A stretch of DNA of 64,000 nt from Candidatus Pacearchaeota archaeon (GTDB taxonomy: Archaea; Nanobdellota; Nanobdellia; Pacearchaeales; GW2011-AR1), in contig JBAZMK010000002.1 in assembly GCA_041649755.1 (NCBI GenBank), positions 26,247 through 90,246 of the forward strand. Direction: 5' to 3'. The notes beneath the pieces are model-generated. The model did not search any database and had not been told where the DNA came from. It was given only the letters and a program-made list of their open reading frames with translations. Below, one piece after another: positions 26,746 to 37,086 of this stretch; position 1 is the stretch's first letter; each line of letters opens with the position of its first letter. The position numbers and the translations under genes are program-made.

Positions 26746-28452
26746 CTATCTTTTTTCAATTCTTGGGTGTTCCTGCCCCTCTTTCAGCCTTTCCTTAAGG
26801 TTTCTTATATGTTTTGTTCTTATCTTAGCGTAACTCCTTTTGTCAGCCTTAACCTCTTCAATTAATCTGGCAGTATACTCCCCTCCAAGAAAATGAGGAA
26901 GAATCACATAATCAGCTCCCGACCTATAAAGCTCAAAGGCCTCATTTATCTGTCTCGCAGTAACTATAATAACACTCTTATTATTCTTGTGCTTTATCTT
27001 ATCTAACAAAAGCAAATTAGCTTCCATTTCAGGAACCGTAGAAACAATAAGTTTTGCTTTCTCAATCCTTAAATCCTGCAAAAATTCAATATCTTCAATA
27101 TCCCCATAAATACAATTCTTTCCGCTTTCACATAACTTTTTTGTTGTCTCAGGATTATAGTCTATTATAGCATAATTTTTATTGAGCTTAGAAAAAGCCT
27201 TCAGAATAGAAAATCCTATTCTATTGTAACCTAAAAGAACATAGTCAAACTCCTTCTCTGGAAAATCCTTTTCTCTTAACCTTTTTTTCTCAAAAAAAGA
27301 TAAGTATTTTGAAAGGAAAGGATAAATTTTCTCTGAGTACATTATCATATAAGTTGAACCAGCAATTGTAACAAGACCTATTATTGTCACAAAAGACAGG
27401 ACTTCCGCGGGAATATGCCCAACCTTTACCGCCAAAGCTACAAGTATCAAAGAAAACTCTGAGATCTGCGCAACCGTTAGTCCAGCCATAAAACCTGTTC
27501 TTTTACTATACCCAAAAGTACCCATTAACAAAATAACTATCAACGGATTTCCAACAAGAATAAAGATTGATAAAACAACTGCAGGTAAAATCAAATTAGA
27601 GATGTCTGCAAAAACCATCTGACTTCCTAACAAAAGGAAAAAAGAAATAATAAAAAAATCTCTCAGAGGCTTAAGTCGCGAACTGACTTCATAACTATAA
27701 GGGGACATAGATAGTAACACTCCTGCAATCAAAGCCCCGACCTCAATTGAAAAACCTAAATAAAAAAACAATGCTGACAAACCAAGCCCCCAGCAAATGG
27801 CAAACAAGAACAAGAACTCCTGACTCTTGGCAAAAAAATTGCTAACCTTAGGCAAAAGATAATAACAGAAGGGGGTAAGGACTAAAAGCACAACAATCCC
27901 TTTAATGAAAGTTGAAAGAATAAGATAACCCGCCCCACTGCTTCCAGCAAGAGAAGAAACCACAATAAGAATAATTATAGCTACAAAATCCTGAACAAGA
28001 AGAAACCCTATTGAAATCTTTCCATAAAGCTTGTCTAAAGCATCCTTATCAGAAAGAAGTTTCATGATGATAATAGTAGAAGAAAAAGTCAGAGCAATCG
28101 CAACGTAAAGAGCAGTTAGTGGAGAAAAACCAAAAAGTACAGCAAGAATATATCCTGCAATCATCGTAAAAACAATCTGACCAAGACCAGTAACAAGAGA
28201 AATTTTACCAACTTCTTTTATAACCTTAGGAGACAAATGAAGACCCACAATAAATAAAAGAAAAGCAATCCCAATCTCAGAAAAAGCCGTTATAACAGAA
28301 TTTTCATACATCAAATTAAGAAAAAAAGGTCCGACCAAAATACCTGAGATAATATAACCTATAATTAATGGCTGTTTAAGAACCCTCATAACAAAAGAGA
28401 CTATTAAAACAACTAAAAGAATCACACTAAACTGAAAAAACACATCCATCAT
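26746..28452 (-). CDS. Kef-type CPA2 cation:proton antiporter with C-terminal RCK/TrkA-N domain
   Basis: It has about 12 TM helices followed by the Rossmann 'YVLLGYNRIGFSILKAF'. It is 568 aa. Confidence 0.8.
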   Translation of the reverse strand: MMDVFFQFSVILLVVLIVSFVMRVLKQPLIIGYIISGILVGPFFLNLMYENSVITAFSEIGIAFLLFIVGLHLSPKVIKEVGKISLVTGLGQIVFTMIAGYILAVLFGFSPLTALYVAIALTFSSTIIIMKLLSDKDALDKLYGKISIGFLLVQDFVAIIILIVVSSLAGSSGAGYLILSTFIKGIVVLLVLTPFCYYLLPKVSNFFAKSQEFLFLFAICWGLGLSALFFYLGFSIEVGALIAGVLLSMSPYSYEVSSRLKPLRDFFIISFFLLLGSQMVFADISNLILPAVVLSIFILVGNPLIVILLMGTFGYSKRTGFMAGLTVAQISEFSLILVALAVKVGHIPAEVLSFVTIIGLVTIAGSTYMIMYSEKIYPFLSKYLSFFEKKRLREKDFPEKEFDYVLLGYNRIGFSILKAFSKLNKNYAIIDYNPETTKKLCESGKNCIYGDIEDIEFLQDLRIEKAKLIVSTVPEMEANLLLLDKIKHKNNKSVIIVTARQINEAFELYRSGADYVILPHFLGGEYTARLIEEVKADKRSYAKIRTKHIRNLKERLKEGQEHPRIEKR

Positions 28453-28539
28453 CTATTTAGTTATTTTTTCCATTTTATAAGGTTTTTTATTCTAAATCTC
28501 CATCTAAAAGATTTATAAATTTAGTTTATGTAAAAATAT

Positions 28540-29259
28540 ATGAAAAAACATTTTTCTCAGATGGAAAAAATTGAAAAGTTTCATCTTGCGATTACCTCTT
28601 TAATAAGGGTTGTTTTAACCATTGCTATCTCTCTTGCAATTTACGAAAAAAATTTTATGGCAACCTTTGTAATAATCTTAACATTTATTCTTACTTTTTT
28701 ACCAAGAATAATAGAGAAAAGATATCAATTAGATTTGCCTGCAGAAATAGAAATTATAATCGTATTATTCATCTTTGCGGCAATATTTTTAGGAGGGCCT
28801 TGGGAATTTTATTCCAGAATTTGGTGGTGGGACTCCTTACTCCACTTCTTTTCAGGAATAGCCTTGGGTCTTTCTGGATTCTTAATTCTCTATATATTCT
28901 ATAAAAAAGGCAAATTCAATGCAAGCCCAAAAACAATAATTCTTTTTGCATTTTGCTTTGCTCTGGCTCTTGGAGCTTTATGGGAAATACTTGAATTTGG
29001 GATAGACGCTACATTTGGCTATGACATGCAGGAAGCAAGAAACCTTGCAACACCGGAAGATTGCAATACTTGGTTTGGTGTAAGAGACACTATGATAGAT
29101 TTAATCCTTGATGCTACGGGAGCACTAATTGCCTCCCTCCTCGGATATTTCTATCTCAAAAAAGACGAAAAAGGAATCCTCACATTCTTAATAGAAAGAT
29201 TCAGGAAAAGAAATCCTTACTTATTCAAAAAAAGAAGAAATCATAAAATTCTTAACTGA
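28540..29259 (+). CDS. Integral membrane protein (possibly YjdF/DUF2238-like)
   Basis: It has about 6 predicted TM helices. The family call is weak. Confidence 0.35.
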   Translation: MKKHFSQMEKIEKFHLAITSLIRVVLTIAISLAIYEKNFMATFVIILTFILTFLPRIIEKRYQLDLPAEIEIIIVLFIFAAIFLGGPWEFYSRIWWWDSLLHFFSGIALGLSGFLILYIFYKKGKFNASPKTIILFAFCFALALGALWEILEFGIDATFGYDMQEARNLATPEDCNTWFGVRDTMIDLILDATGALIASLLGYFYLKKDEKGILTFLIERFRKRNPYLFKKRRNHKILN

Positions 29260-29666
29260 ATAATATGGAAATAATTCTTTAAAACATCTGACAACTCCTT
29301 TTCTCGTGCCCTATTTCGCCCAATCAAAGCTGCCTTACTCTGCCGCCCTGCAGTAATTGAAACTGAATCATTTTTTATTTCTATCTTATTAACTTCTATA
29401 GGATCTATAACTTCTTTAATGAACCCCTCCATCTCAGAAGAGTTCTCTTTGTTAGGCATCACAACAACCCTAATTTTCTTTCCTAAAATTTCACGAAGTT
29501 TCTTAACATTAACTGCGTTCTTTCCTATAGCTTGAGAAACTTTAGAGGGATTAACTGCAAAAAAGATCTGACCATTGTAAATAAAACAATTCATTGTTGA
29601 AACTCCAGAAATTTTAGAAAAAAGATTTATATACCTCATAAATTGCATATTAATAACACTAGCCAT
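29241..29666 (-). CDS. nusA: Transcription elongation factor NusA-like (archaeal, tandem KH)
   Basis: It has the KH GxxG-like 'QAIGKNAVNVKKLREILGKKIRVV'. Its position downstream of rpl30e in the RNAP operon is conserved. Confidence 0.7.
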   Translation of the reverse strand: MASVINMQFMRYINLFSKISGVSTMNCFIYNGQIFFAVNPSKVSQAIGKNAVNVKKLREILGKKIRVVVMPNKENSSEMEGFIKEVIDPIEVNKIEIKNDSVSITAGRQSKAALIGRNRAREKELSDVLKNYFHIIQLRIL

Positions 29667-29667
29667 C

Positions 29668-29904
29668 TTAAATTACAGAGAAAACTTCGCAATCAAAGTC
29701 AAGGTTTAATTCTCTGCTTAGTTCTCTCTTAGGTTTTAAAACAATAAATTCAACTCCCGCCTTCTCAAGTTTGTCAATAGTTTCGTCCCTCACATCCTTG
29801 GCTACGAAAACACTTGAAATCTTCTTCTTATTCTTAATCGCCTGTTTAACTCCGAAAAAAACTTTCTCTTTTTCCATTGCCTCCTTAATATCTTTAATAC
29901 TCAT
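29668..29904 (-). CDS. rpl30e: Ribosomal protein L30e
   Basis: It has 'FGVKQAIKNKKKISSVFVAKD'. It lies between rpoA and nusA as in the canonical archaeal operon. Confidence 0.65.
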   Translation of the reverse strand: MSIKDIKEAMEKEKVFFGVKQAIKNKKKISSVFVAKDVRDETIDKLEKAGVEFIVLKPKRELSRELNLDFDCEVFSVI

Positions 29905-29935
29905 ATTATTTATCCTAAAAAACTTTATTTAAACC

Positions 29936-32900
29936 TTACTCTTTCGCCTCGTCGTCAATTTTCTTCTTTTGTTTCTTATCTGCAAGAGACCCCGTTACCT
30001 TAACAAGCAAACCTGGGAGCCCTGTCCCGACAGGAACCGGCTGATTCAAAATTATGTTCTCTATAACCGAAGCAAGTTTATCCTTTTTACCAGTCTTTGT
30101 GGCTTGAACAAAATGCTTAACTGGGGTTTCAAAACTTGCACGGGCAAGAATAGAACTCTTGTCAGAGATTATTCCCATTCTTGTAATTCCTTTTACAACT
30201 CCTGAACAGGTCATAGTATCTGCAACAAGCATAGCGTGCTTCTTGTCAACATTAAGACCCTGAAAAACAATAACCTTTTCAATCTCATTAATAACCGCCT
30301 GACGAGCTGCTTCAATCCCAAACACATCAAATATCTCATGAATATCATTAGTTGTAGTCCTCTGAGAATCAACCCCTTTAAAGCTCAGAACATCTTTCAA
30401 ATTAGACCCTGCAGTCAACACAACAAAATCCTTACCCCTCTTAACAACCAAAACCTGAGATATCTTTTTAACACCAGTCAAGATAACTTCTTTTAATTTC
30501 TCCTTGATTTTATAAATAGCCTTAAAATCCTCCTTAGACATATCTATTGAAATCTGGTCCCCCTTCTTAGCCGCAAATCCCTTGTCCTTTAAAACATCAA
30601 CAACCTTGTCAACAGAAAGATGAGCAGACCTAAGTGAAGAAGGGTTAACACTAATTTTTATTTTCTTTGCACCAAAATCTACCGAAATATTAGAAATGAC
30701 TTCTTTTAACTTAACTTCTCTTATTTTCTCTGCAATCGCCCGAGAGTTACCTTCATTATTATGTTCTTTGTCCATATAAATTTCCATAGTAGGAGTCTTT
30801 GGAAGCTTTCTCGCGTCAAGAATCTCAATTATTCTTGGAAGACCTTGTGTAACCTGCATCTCTGCAACACCTGCTGAGTGGAATACGTTAAGAACCATCT
30901 GAGTGGAAGATTCTCCAAAAGATTGAGCTGCAACAACCCCTATCGCCTCGCCTGGAGCAATCTGTTCTTCCTTATGCTTTGAAGAAACATCAATGCCATC
31001 AATGCCGTACTTAAACTGAACAATACTATTTGATGCATCCCTTACAGTTCCATCATAAGCCACAATCAAATCCTGTAATGCATTAGCAAGTCTTCTGTAA
31101 AGATAACCTGACTTGGGGGTTCTTAAGGCTACATCCATTAAACCATCTCTCCCAGTCATAGAACCGAAGAAAAACTCATCAGGCTTTAGACCCTCCATAA
31201 GAGAACTATAAATGAACCCTCTGGATTTTGGAGACAAATCACCCTTCTTAAAAAAAGAAAGGGTCCTCCCAGTATAACCAAAGTCAATCCTCCTTCCATT
31301 AAGAACCTGCTGACCCACAGAACCTGCTATCTGAGAAATATTCAGAACACTTCCTTTAGCCCCTGAAGCAATCATCTTACTTGCCAAATTGCTCTCTGGA
31401 AGACCTTTCTTAATCGCACTTCCAATCTCTGTTCTTGTCTCGTTCAAAACAGTTAAAATCTTTAATTCTCTCGTCTCCTCAGCACTCTTGCCTGGAAGTA
31501 ATTCAAGACTATTATTATAATAACTCCCTATAATCTCTTGCGTCTTCTTCTCTGCAGAACTTATTATTTCTTGCGTCTTCTTCTTAACCTCTAAAGGAAC
31601 ATCTAAATCTTCCAAAGCCAACGTAAAACCGGTCCTTGATAAAAAAGAAGTCCCCATAGCAAAAATCTTTCTCAATAAATCAACCGCTTCCTCTCTTCCC
31701 ATCTTATTATCCACTTGTTTCAAAACCTCGCCTTTTCCTTTCCTGAACCCGCCAGAACTAACAGACCCGACATCAAGTCCTTTAGGAATTACTTTTAAGA
31801 AGATATTCTTCCCGTCATTATTCTTATTCAAACTTCCGACATTAATATCTGCCCCATATAAAAGCTGGGTTGCATCTTCCTTAGAAACTTCCATATTCTC
31901 AAGAAGATAATTACCACTAACAGCATCATCCACACAACCGAGAAAATTCATACCATTCTTAGGAGAAAATAAATTATTATTTACATTCAACAAAACTTTC
32001 GCTTCAGCCCTTGCTTCTTCAGTCTGGGGGGCGTGAATATTCATCTCATCACCATCAAAGTCAGCTCCATAAGGAAAACAAACAGCGGGATGAATTCTAA
32101 ATGTCCTGCAAGGCAAAACCTTGACAAAATGAGCCATTAAAGAAGCTCTATGAAGAGAAGGATGTCTGTTAAATAAAACAATGTCTCCATCAACTAAGTG
32201 TCTTTCAACAATATAACCAGGTTCTATCTCTTCAACAAGTGCATCTCTAAGGTCATCAGTAATTTTCTTTCTCTTTCCATCATGCCTTATTATATAATTA
32301 GCCCCAGGATATTCCTTAGAAAGAATAATTTTCTTCAACCTTTCCTTATTAATAGAAGTTACTTTTTCCGCAACAGTCAGTATCTTTGCAACCTCAACAG
32401 GAATCCCGACCTCATTTATTTTCATATTGGGGTCTGGAGAAATAACCGTTCTGGCAGAAAAATTAACCCTCTTTCCTGCAAGGTTCTTTCTTATCCTCCC
32501 CTCCTTACCCTTAATTCTCTCTGCAATAGTTTTCAAGGGCTGACCGCTTCTATGTCTCGCAGGAGGAACCTTAGCTATAGAATTATCAAACAAAGTCGTA
32601 ACATGATATTGCAACAAATCCCAAAGGTCTTCAATAATAACTTCTGGCGCACCTGCATTAAGATTCTCCCAAAGACGTTGGTTTGACCGAATTATATCAG
32701 AAAGCTTATGGCTAACATCATCTTCCGACCTCTCTCCTGTTTCAAGAGTTATGGAAGGTCTAACCGTAACGGGAGGAACTAAAAGTAAAGTTAAAACAGC
32801 CCATTCTGGTCTAAGAGTCTTAGCATTAATCCCCAAAATTTTCAAATCTTCATCTGTTACTTTAACAAGCCTCTCACGGATTTCAGAAGGAAAAAGTCTC

Positions 32901-33364
32901 CTCTTCCCACTCCTAAAAGTTGAAGGCTTCTCAATCTTAACTCTTTCCTGAATAATCCCGCAATGAGGGCATTTCTTTCCGTCCTTAGCCTTTTTTATTC
33001 TGGAAGGTAGATCTTTGTTTAAATCCTTCTCGTCTTTTATAAGAATCCTACCACAAGCCTCACAGGTGCATCTAAGAACAATGTCAATTATAGGGAGATA
33101 ATTAATGTGTATAATTGGTCTAGCTAGCTCAATAACCCCTGGATGACCAAGGCACTCTTTTAATCTCCCCCCACAAGTTCTGCATCTCACACCAGGATCA
33201 ACAGCACCAAGCCTCAAATCCATTAAACCCCCATCAACAGGATAACCATCAATATCATAAAGTTCAGGCGTCACAATCTTTGCAACAGCAAGCTTTTTTA
33301 TCTGCTCCGGACTAAGAAGCTGAAAATTCATTGATTTAATTTGTTTTCTTATAGGTCTACTCAT
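29936..33364 (-). CDS. rpoA: DNA-directed RNA polymerase subunit A, apparently fused A'+A'' (1142 aa)
   Basis: The N-terminus carries the A' zinc-binding 'CRTCGGRLKECLGHPG' and 'NADFDGDEMN' is the catalytic Mg site. The C-terminus 'ARASFETPVKHFVQA...PVPVGTGLPGL' is A''-like. No internal stop is present. Confidence 0.85.
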   Translation of the reverse strand: MSRPIRKQIKSMNFQLLSPEQIKKLAVAKIVTPELYDIDGYPVDGGLMDLRLGAVDPGVRCRTCGGRLKECLGHPGVIELARPIIHINYLPIIDIVLRCTCEACGRILIKDEKDLNKDLPSRIKKAKDGKKCPHCGIIQERVKIEKPSTFRSGKRRLFPSEIRERLVKVTDEDLKILGINAKTLRPEWAVLTLLLVPPVTVRPSITLETGERSEDDVSHKLSDIIRSNQRLWENLNAGAPEVIIEDLWDLLQYHVTTLFDNSIAKVPPARHRSGQPLKTIAERIKGKEGRIRKNLAGKRVNFSARTVISPDPNMKINEVGIPVEVAKILTVAEKVTSINKERLKKIILSKEYPGANYIIRHDGKRKKITDDLRDALVEEIEPGYIVERHLVDGDIVLFNRHPSLHRASLMAHFVKVLPCRTFRIHPAVCFPYGADFDGDEMNIHAPQTEEARAEAKVLLNVNNNLFSPKNGMNFLGCVDDAVSGNYLLENMEVSKEDATQLLYGADINVGSLNKNNDGKNIFLKVIPKGLDVGSVSSGGFRKGKGEVLKQVDNKMGREEAVDLLRKIFAMGTSFLSRTGFTLALEDLDVPLEVKKKTQEIISSAEKKTQEIIGSYYNNSLELLPGKSAEETRELKILTVLNETRTEIGSAIKKGLPESNLASKMIASGAKGSVLNISQIAGSVGQQVLNGRRIDFGYTGRTLSFFKKGDLSPKSRGFIYSSLMEGLKPDEFFFGSMTGRDGLMDVALRTPKSGYLYRRLANALQDLIVAYDGTVRDASNSIVQFKYGIDGIDVSSKHKEEQIAPGEAIGVVAAQSFGESSTQMVLNVFHSAGVAEMQVTQGLPRIIEILDARKLPKTPTMEIYMDKEHNNEGNSRAIAEKIREVKLKEVISNISVDFGAKKIKISVNPSSLRSAHLSVDKVVDVLKDKGFAAKKGDQISIDMSKEDFKAIYKIKEKLKEVILTGVKKISQVLVVKRGKDFVVLTAGSNLKDVLSFKGVDSQRTTTNDIHEIFDVFGIEAARQAVINEIEKVIVFQGLNVDKKHAMLVADTMTCSGVVKGITRMGIISDKSSILARASFETPVKHFVQATKTGKKDKLASVIENIILNQPVPVGTGLPGLLVKVTGSLADKKQKKKIDDEAKE

Positions 33365-36300
33365 ATTTATTCTTTAATTCAAATTTAGTTAATAAATGCA
33401 GACTTTGAAGCTCTTCTACTAATAGCTTAAAAGCATAACTCATCTCCACAGGCTCAACCTGATTTGAATGACAAAGACTGCAAACCTTCTTATTATGTAT
33501 CTGGTCATCTATAACAATACTTCCGCATCTTGAGCAAACATAAACTACAACCTTATCAGAATCGTATCTCTCTTTCAAAAGCAAAGACGCTCCGTGACCT
33601 ACAAGAGCCTCCTGCTCCATCTCTCCAAGTCTCAAAGCACCACCCCTTGCCCTTCCCTCTATAGGTTGTCTGGTCAAAAGAGCAATCTTTCCTGAAGCCC
33701 TTGAATGCATCTTATCAGCAACCATATATTTAAGTTTAAGATAGAACATATTCCCTATGAAAATCTTAATAGGCATTCTCTTGCCCGTAACTCCATGATA
33801 CATAACCTCCTTACCACTTTCTCTAAAACCTAGCTTCCTAAGGTTATTTTCTAAAGTATCAATATCTTCCCCTGAAAAAGGTGAAGCATCAATTACCCTG
33901 CCTGACAAAGCAGCAACTTTTCCTGCTAAAACATCCATCAAATAACCTGCAGTCATACGTGAAGGAATCCCATGAGGATTAAACAAAATATCCGGTCTTA
34001 TCCCGTTAGCTGTAAAAGGAATATCCATCTCCGGAGCAATAAAACCAACAACACCTTTCTGACCATGAGGAACGGAGAACTTATCTCCAATCTCTGGAAC
34101 TCTTAACTCTCTCGTCCTTACCTGAACTATCTTGTTTCCCTCTTTATCTTGGGTAACAAAAACAGCATCAACAGTCCCCTTCTCTTCCTGCCGAATAGCA
34201 GAAGAATTCTCTTTCTTTGTCTGAATAGATATTTCCCTCGCTTCACTAAGAAACTTAGGCGGACTAACCTTACCTATAACAACCTCTCCCTCACTCAAAT
34301 CCGCTTCAGGATAGACAATCCCATCATCTTCTAAAAATCTATAGCTCTCTTCAGTCCTATACCCTGAAACCTCTTTGTTAGGGGTGGTAATCTCGTCTTT
34401 CAAACCCCCTGCATAATTCAACTCAACAGAAGTATAAGGTCTAAACTTAGAGCTTCTCCCAAGCCCCCTATCTACAGAACCTTGGTTCAAAACAACAGAA
34501 TCTTCAAGATTATAACCTTCATAAGGCAAAACAGCAAGAACAACATTCTGTCCGACAGGATGAACATTTAAAGTATCATAAAGAAAACTTCTGACCAAGG
34601 GCTTCTGAGGATAATGAAGAAGAGAAACATCTGTGTCTACTCTCACAGGAAAATTTCCTGCATAGATCCCCAAACCCTGTCTATACGCCCTTGAACCCCC
34701 CTTAATCATTCTCGCTGGAGGATTATGATTTGCAAAAGGAATCAAAGAAACACTTACCCCAAAACAATCAATTTTATCAACTTCAAGATGGGTGTGTTCC
34801 GCAGTTACATCTTTTTCATCAAGTGCAATATAGCAGTCATCTTCTTCAGCAGCATCAAGATATTCAATTATCCCTTTCTTAACTAAGTCTTCCCAAACTA
34901 AAGCACCACTTTTTATTAATTCCAAATGTTCGCTCTTAAGCCTTGAAACTCCGTTATCCAAAATAATCAAAGGTCTCATAACCCTGCCCTCCTCTGAGTT
35001 CAAAAAAACTGTATCTAAAAATCTCTCATACTTCACTGACATTTCAACAGGGAGATTCCCATTCCTCCTCTCTTCCCTAACCTTTTTAACAAAATCCTCT
35101 GCATTCTTTACACCTCCGATAAATCGCCCATTATAGAAAATATCTTTGCTCTCTTCTAAAACAAGACCTGCTTTCTCTAAGACAGATAAAATTTTCTTTG
35201 GATCTTCACTAATCCTTATAGAAATTCTTGCAAGAAGAGCAAGATTCTTCCTTAAGCCAATCTCTGTCCCTTCAGGGGTTTCAATTGGACAAAATCTTCC
35301 ATAATGTGTAGGATGAACGGTTCGTGCTGCAAAATTTTCCTGTTCTCCAGGAAGAGTTGAAGTCACTCTCTGTAACTGAGACAAAACCGCAAAAGAATTG
35401 TTCTTATCCATATTCTGCGTAACCCCACTCCTCTCACCAATCCAGGCCCCTGTAGCAATCGCACTCTCAATCCTATGAGTAAACAAAGTTGACTTAGCTA
35501 TCGTTTTTATAGAATAAAATTTCCTTCTTTTGACTGTCTTCTGCAATGTATGTTGAATCTCCCTAAGGAGAATATTCATATTAACTCTGAACAAACTGGA
35601 AAGCAAATCCCCTGAAAGAAGAACCCTCTTATTAGCATAATGGTCTTTATCAGTCATTGAATCCCCTGGATGCTCTTTAGCAATATAAAATTGTTTTATA
35701 AATTTACAAAGAGTTCTCGCCTTTTCAAGACGCGACTCTTTGCCCAGCCCGATATGAGGAAGAAAATAAGAGTCTATTCTTTGCTTCACCCTATCTAACA
35801 TTTCTTTATTAGTCCCTTGTAAAGAACTCTTTTCAGCAATCCACATCAAAGCCTCATTAGTAGAGCCAACCCCTGCAAACTCATAAAGATTGACCATAAG
35901 ACTATCATTCTGTTTACCTATTAATTTTGCTATTTCAGCATCACTGGATAAACCAAGAGCCTTAAGTAAAATAATCGCAGGAATATCCCTAAACCGCGAA
36001 AAAGAAGCCTCTAAAAGCCCATCACTCCCCTCCATTATTGAAATAGGAATCTTATAAGCCCCCCTCTGAGAAAACAACCTCAGCATAAGCCTCTTTCTTG
36101 TCTTCTGAAATTCAATAAATGTCTGGTTGGACGCCAAATCCTCTGCCATAATCATAACACGTTCGTTCCCATTGATAAGAAAATAACCCCCCTGGTCTTT
36201 CGGGTCTATATAATTTTTAATCAAATCTTCTTCACTCATCCCGCTGAGATTACAAGCCTTGCTCTTAATCATAATAGGAATTCTCCCCAACTGAACTTCC

Positions 36301-36611
36301 TCTGTCTCAATCTGCCCAGCATAATTAATTGTCATCTCCATCCAGATAGGAGCAGAATAAGTAAGATTTCTTAGCCTCGCCTCGGCAGGAGTAATAATCC
36401 TTGAGGAACCGTCTGACTCAACAATATCCGGCTTACCCACTCTAATCTTGCCCAGCTTTATTTCAAAATCCTCCGTCGGCAAAGAATCCGAAAGCTCTGT
36501 TACAATCTCCTGCATTCTATTCTCAAAAAAGTCATTAAAAGATTTTATATTCGATTCTACAAGGGAATGATTCTTCAAAAACTCCTTAACTAAGATATGC
36601 TCTTCCATCAA
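33357..36611 (-). CDS. rpoB: DNA-directed RNA polymerase subunit B (unsplit)
   Basis: It is 1084 aa with 'GDKFSVPHGQKGVVG', 'GEMEQEALVGHGAS' and a C-terminal zinc ribbon 'CSRCGS...CSLC'. Confidence 0.9.
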   Translation of the reverse strand: MMEEHILVKEFLKNHSLVESNIKSFNDFFENRMQEIVTELSDSLPTEDFEIKLGKIRVGKPDIVESDGSSRIITPAEARLRNLTYSAPIWMEMTINYAGQIETEEVQLGRIPIMIKSKACNLSGMSEEDLIKNYIDPKDQGGYFLINGNERVMIMAEDLASNQTFIEFQKTRKRLMLRLFSQRGAYKIPISIMEGSDGLLEASFSRFRDIPAIILLKALGLSSDAEIAKLIGKQNDSLMVNLYEFAGVGSTNEALMWIAEKSSLQGTNKEMLDRVKQRIDSYFLPHIGLGKESRLEKARTLCKFIKQFYIAKEHPGDSMTDKDHYANKRVLLSGDLLSSLFRVNMNILLREIQHTLQKTVKRRKFYSIKTIAKSTLFTHRIESAIATGAWIGERSGVTQNMDKNNSFAVLSQLQRVTSTLPGEQENFAARTVHPTHYGRFCPIETPEGTEIGLRKNLALLARISIRISEDPKKILSVLEKAGLVLEESKDIFYNGRFIGGVKNAEDFVKKVREERRNGNLPVEMSVKYERFLDTVFLNSEEGRVMRPLIILDNGVSRLKSEHLELIKSGALVWEDLVKKGIIEYLDAAEEDDCYIALDEKDVTAEHTHLEVDKIDCFGVSVSLIPFANHNPPARMIKGGSRAYRQGLGIYAGNFPVRVDTDVSLLHYPQKPLVRSFLYDTLNVHPVGQNVVLAVLPYEGYNLEDSVVLNQGSVDRGLGRSSKFRPYTSVELNYAGGLKDEITTPNKEVSGYRTEESYRFLEDDGIVYPEADLSEGEVVIGKVSPPKFLSEAREISIQTKKENSSAIRQEEKGTVDAVFVTQDKEGNKIVQVRTRELRVPEIGDKFSVPHGQKGVVGFIAPEMDIPFTANGIRPDILFNPHGIPSRMTAGYLMDVLAGKVAALSGRVIDASPFSGEDIDTLENNLRKLGFRESGKEVMYHGVTGKRMPIKIFIGNMFYLKLKYMVADKMHSRASGKIALLTRQPIEGRARGGALRLGEMEQEALVGHGASLLLKERYDSDKVVVYVCSRCGSIVIDDQIHNKKVCSLCHSNQVEPVEMSYAFKLLVEELQSLHLLTKFELKNKYE

Positions 36612-36823
36612 ATCACCACACGATAATAAACCTCGTCAGCCCTCTCAATTTTTATAACATCTCCTTTTTTGCAACCTTCAGGCAATGCGGCATCTTTCGC
36701 AGAAATCTTAGGCAACTGCACTAAAGTAATATTAAGTTTATTAAGAATCTTTTCAGCCTCGTCAGAACTTACTTTTGTATGCTTTGGTTGGAGTACATGC
36801 ATCTTGGTTTTAGAATATTCCAT
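36608..36823 (-). CDS. rpoH: RNA polymerase subunit H (Rpb5-like)
   Basis: It is 71 aa with 'HVLQPKHTKVSSDEAEKILNKLNITLVQLPKI' and a C-terminal 'YYRVVI'. It overlaps rpoB by 4 nt. Confidence 0.8.
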   Translation of the reverse strand: MEYSKTKMHVLQPKHTKVSSDEAEKILNKLNITLVQLPKISAKDAALPEGCKKGDVIKIERADEVYYRVVI

Positions 36824-36910
36824 TTAGATATAGAAAAAACAAAAAACGCATTTAAAAATCTTTTGGTTTCGTTATTTTTGAGTAGTTCGTGGCAAAAACA
36901 CGAAATTTTT

Positions 36911-36917
36911 ACAAAAA
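36911..36917 (-). terminator. Oligo-T tract immediately 3' of tRNA-Lys
   Basis: The minus strand reads TTTTTGT directly after the discriminator base, the archaeal oligo-T termination signal. Confidence 0.35.
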
Positions 36918-36991
36918 TGGCCCCGACGGGATTTGAACCCGCGACACCTGGATTAAAAGTCCAGTGCTCTACCAAACTGAGCTACGGAGCC
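36918..36991 (-). tRNA. tRNA-Lys (anticodon TTT)
   Basis: The reverse complement is GGCTCCGTAGCTCAGTTTGGTAGAGCACTGGACTTTTAATCCAGGTGTCGCGGGTTCAAATCCCGTCGGGGCCA, with anticodon loop CTTTTAA. No CCA is encoded. Confidence 0.85.
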
Positions 36992-37015
36992 TCACAATAG
37001 AATAGAAAGAAGCGA

Positions 37016-37024
37016 TTTAAAAAA
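37016..37024 (-). promoter_or_regulatory. TATA-like box upstream of tRNA-Lys
   Basis: A TTTTTTAAA-type box on the minus strand lies about 25-33 nt upstream of the tRNA 5' end. Confidence 0.35.
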
Positions 37025-37086
37025 TTATGCCTCCATCATATATTATAATTCATCACACACATCTTTTTAAAAAATATATTCAACTG

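Noticed and set aside
32198-32951. Plus-strand ORFs of 162 and 66 aa inside rpoA
   Set aside because: They lie antisense to the RNAP A subunit. Their translations are low-complexity.
36769-37000. Two about 70-aa ORFs overlapping tRNA-Lys on both strands
   Set aside because: They overlap a high-confidence tRNA and the rpoH start. Their translations are low-complexity.
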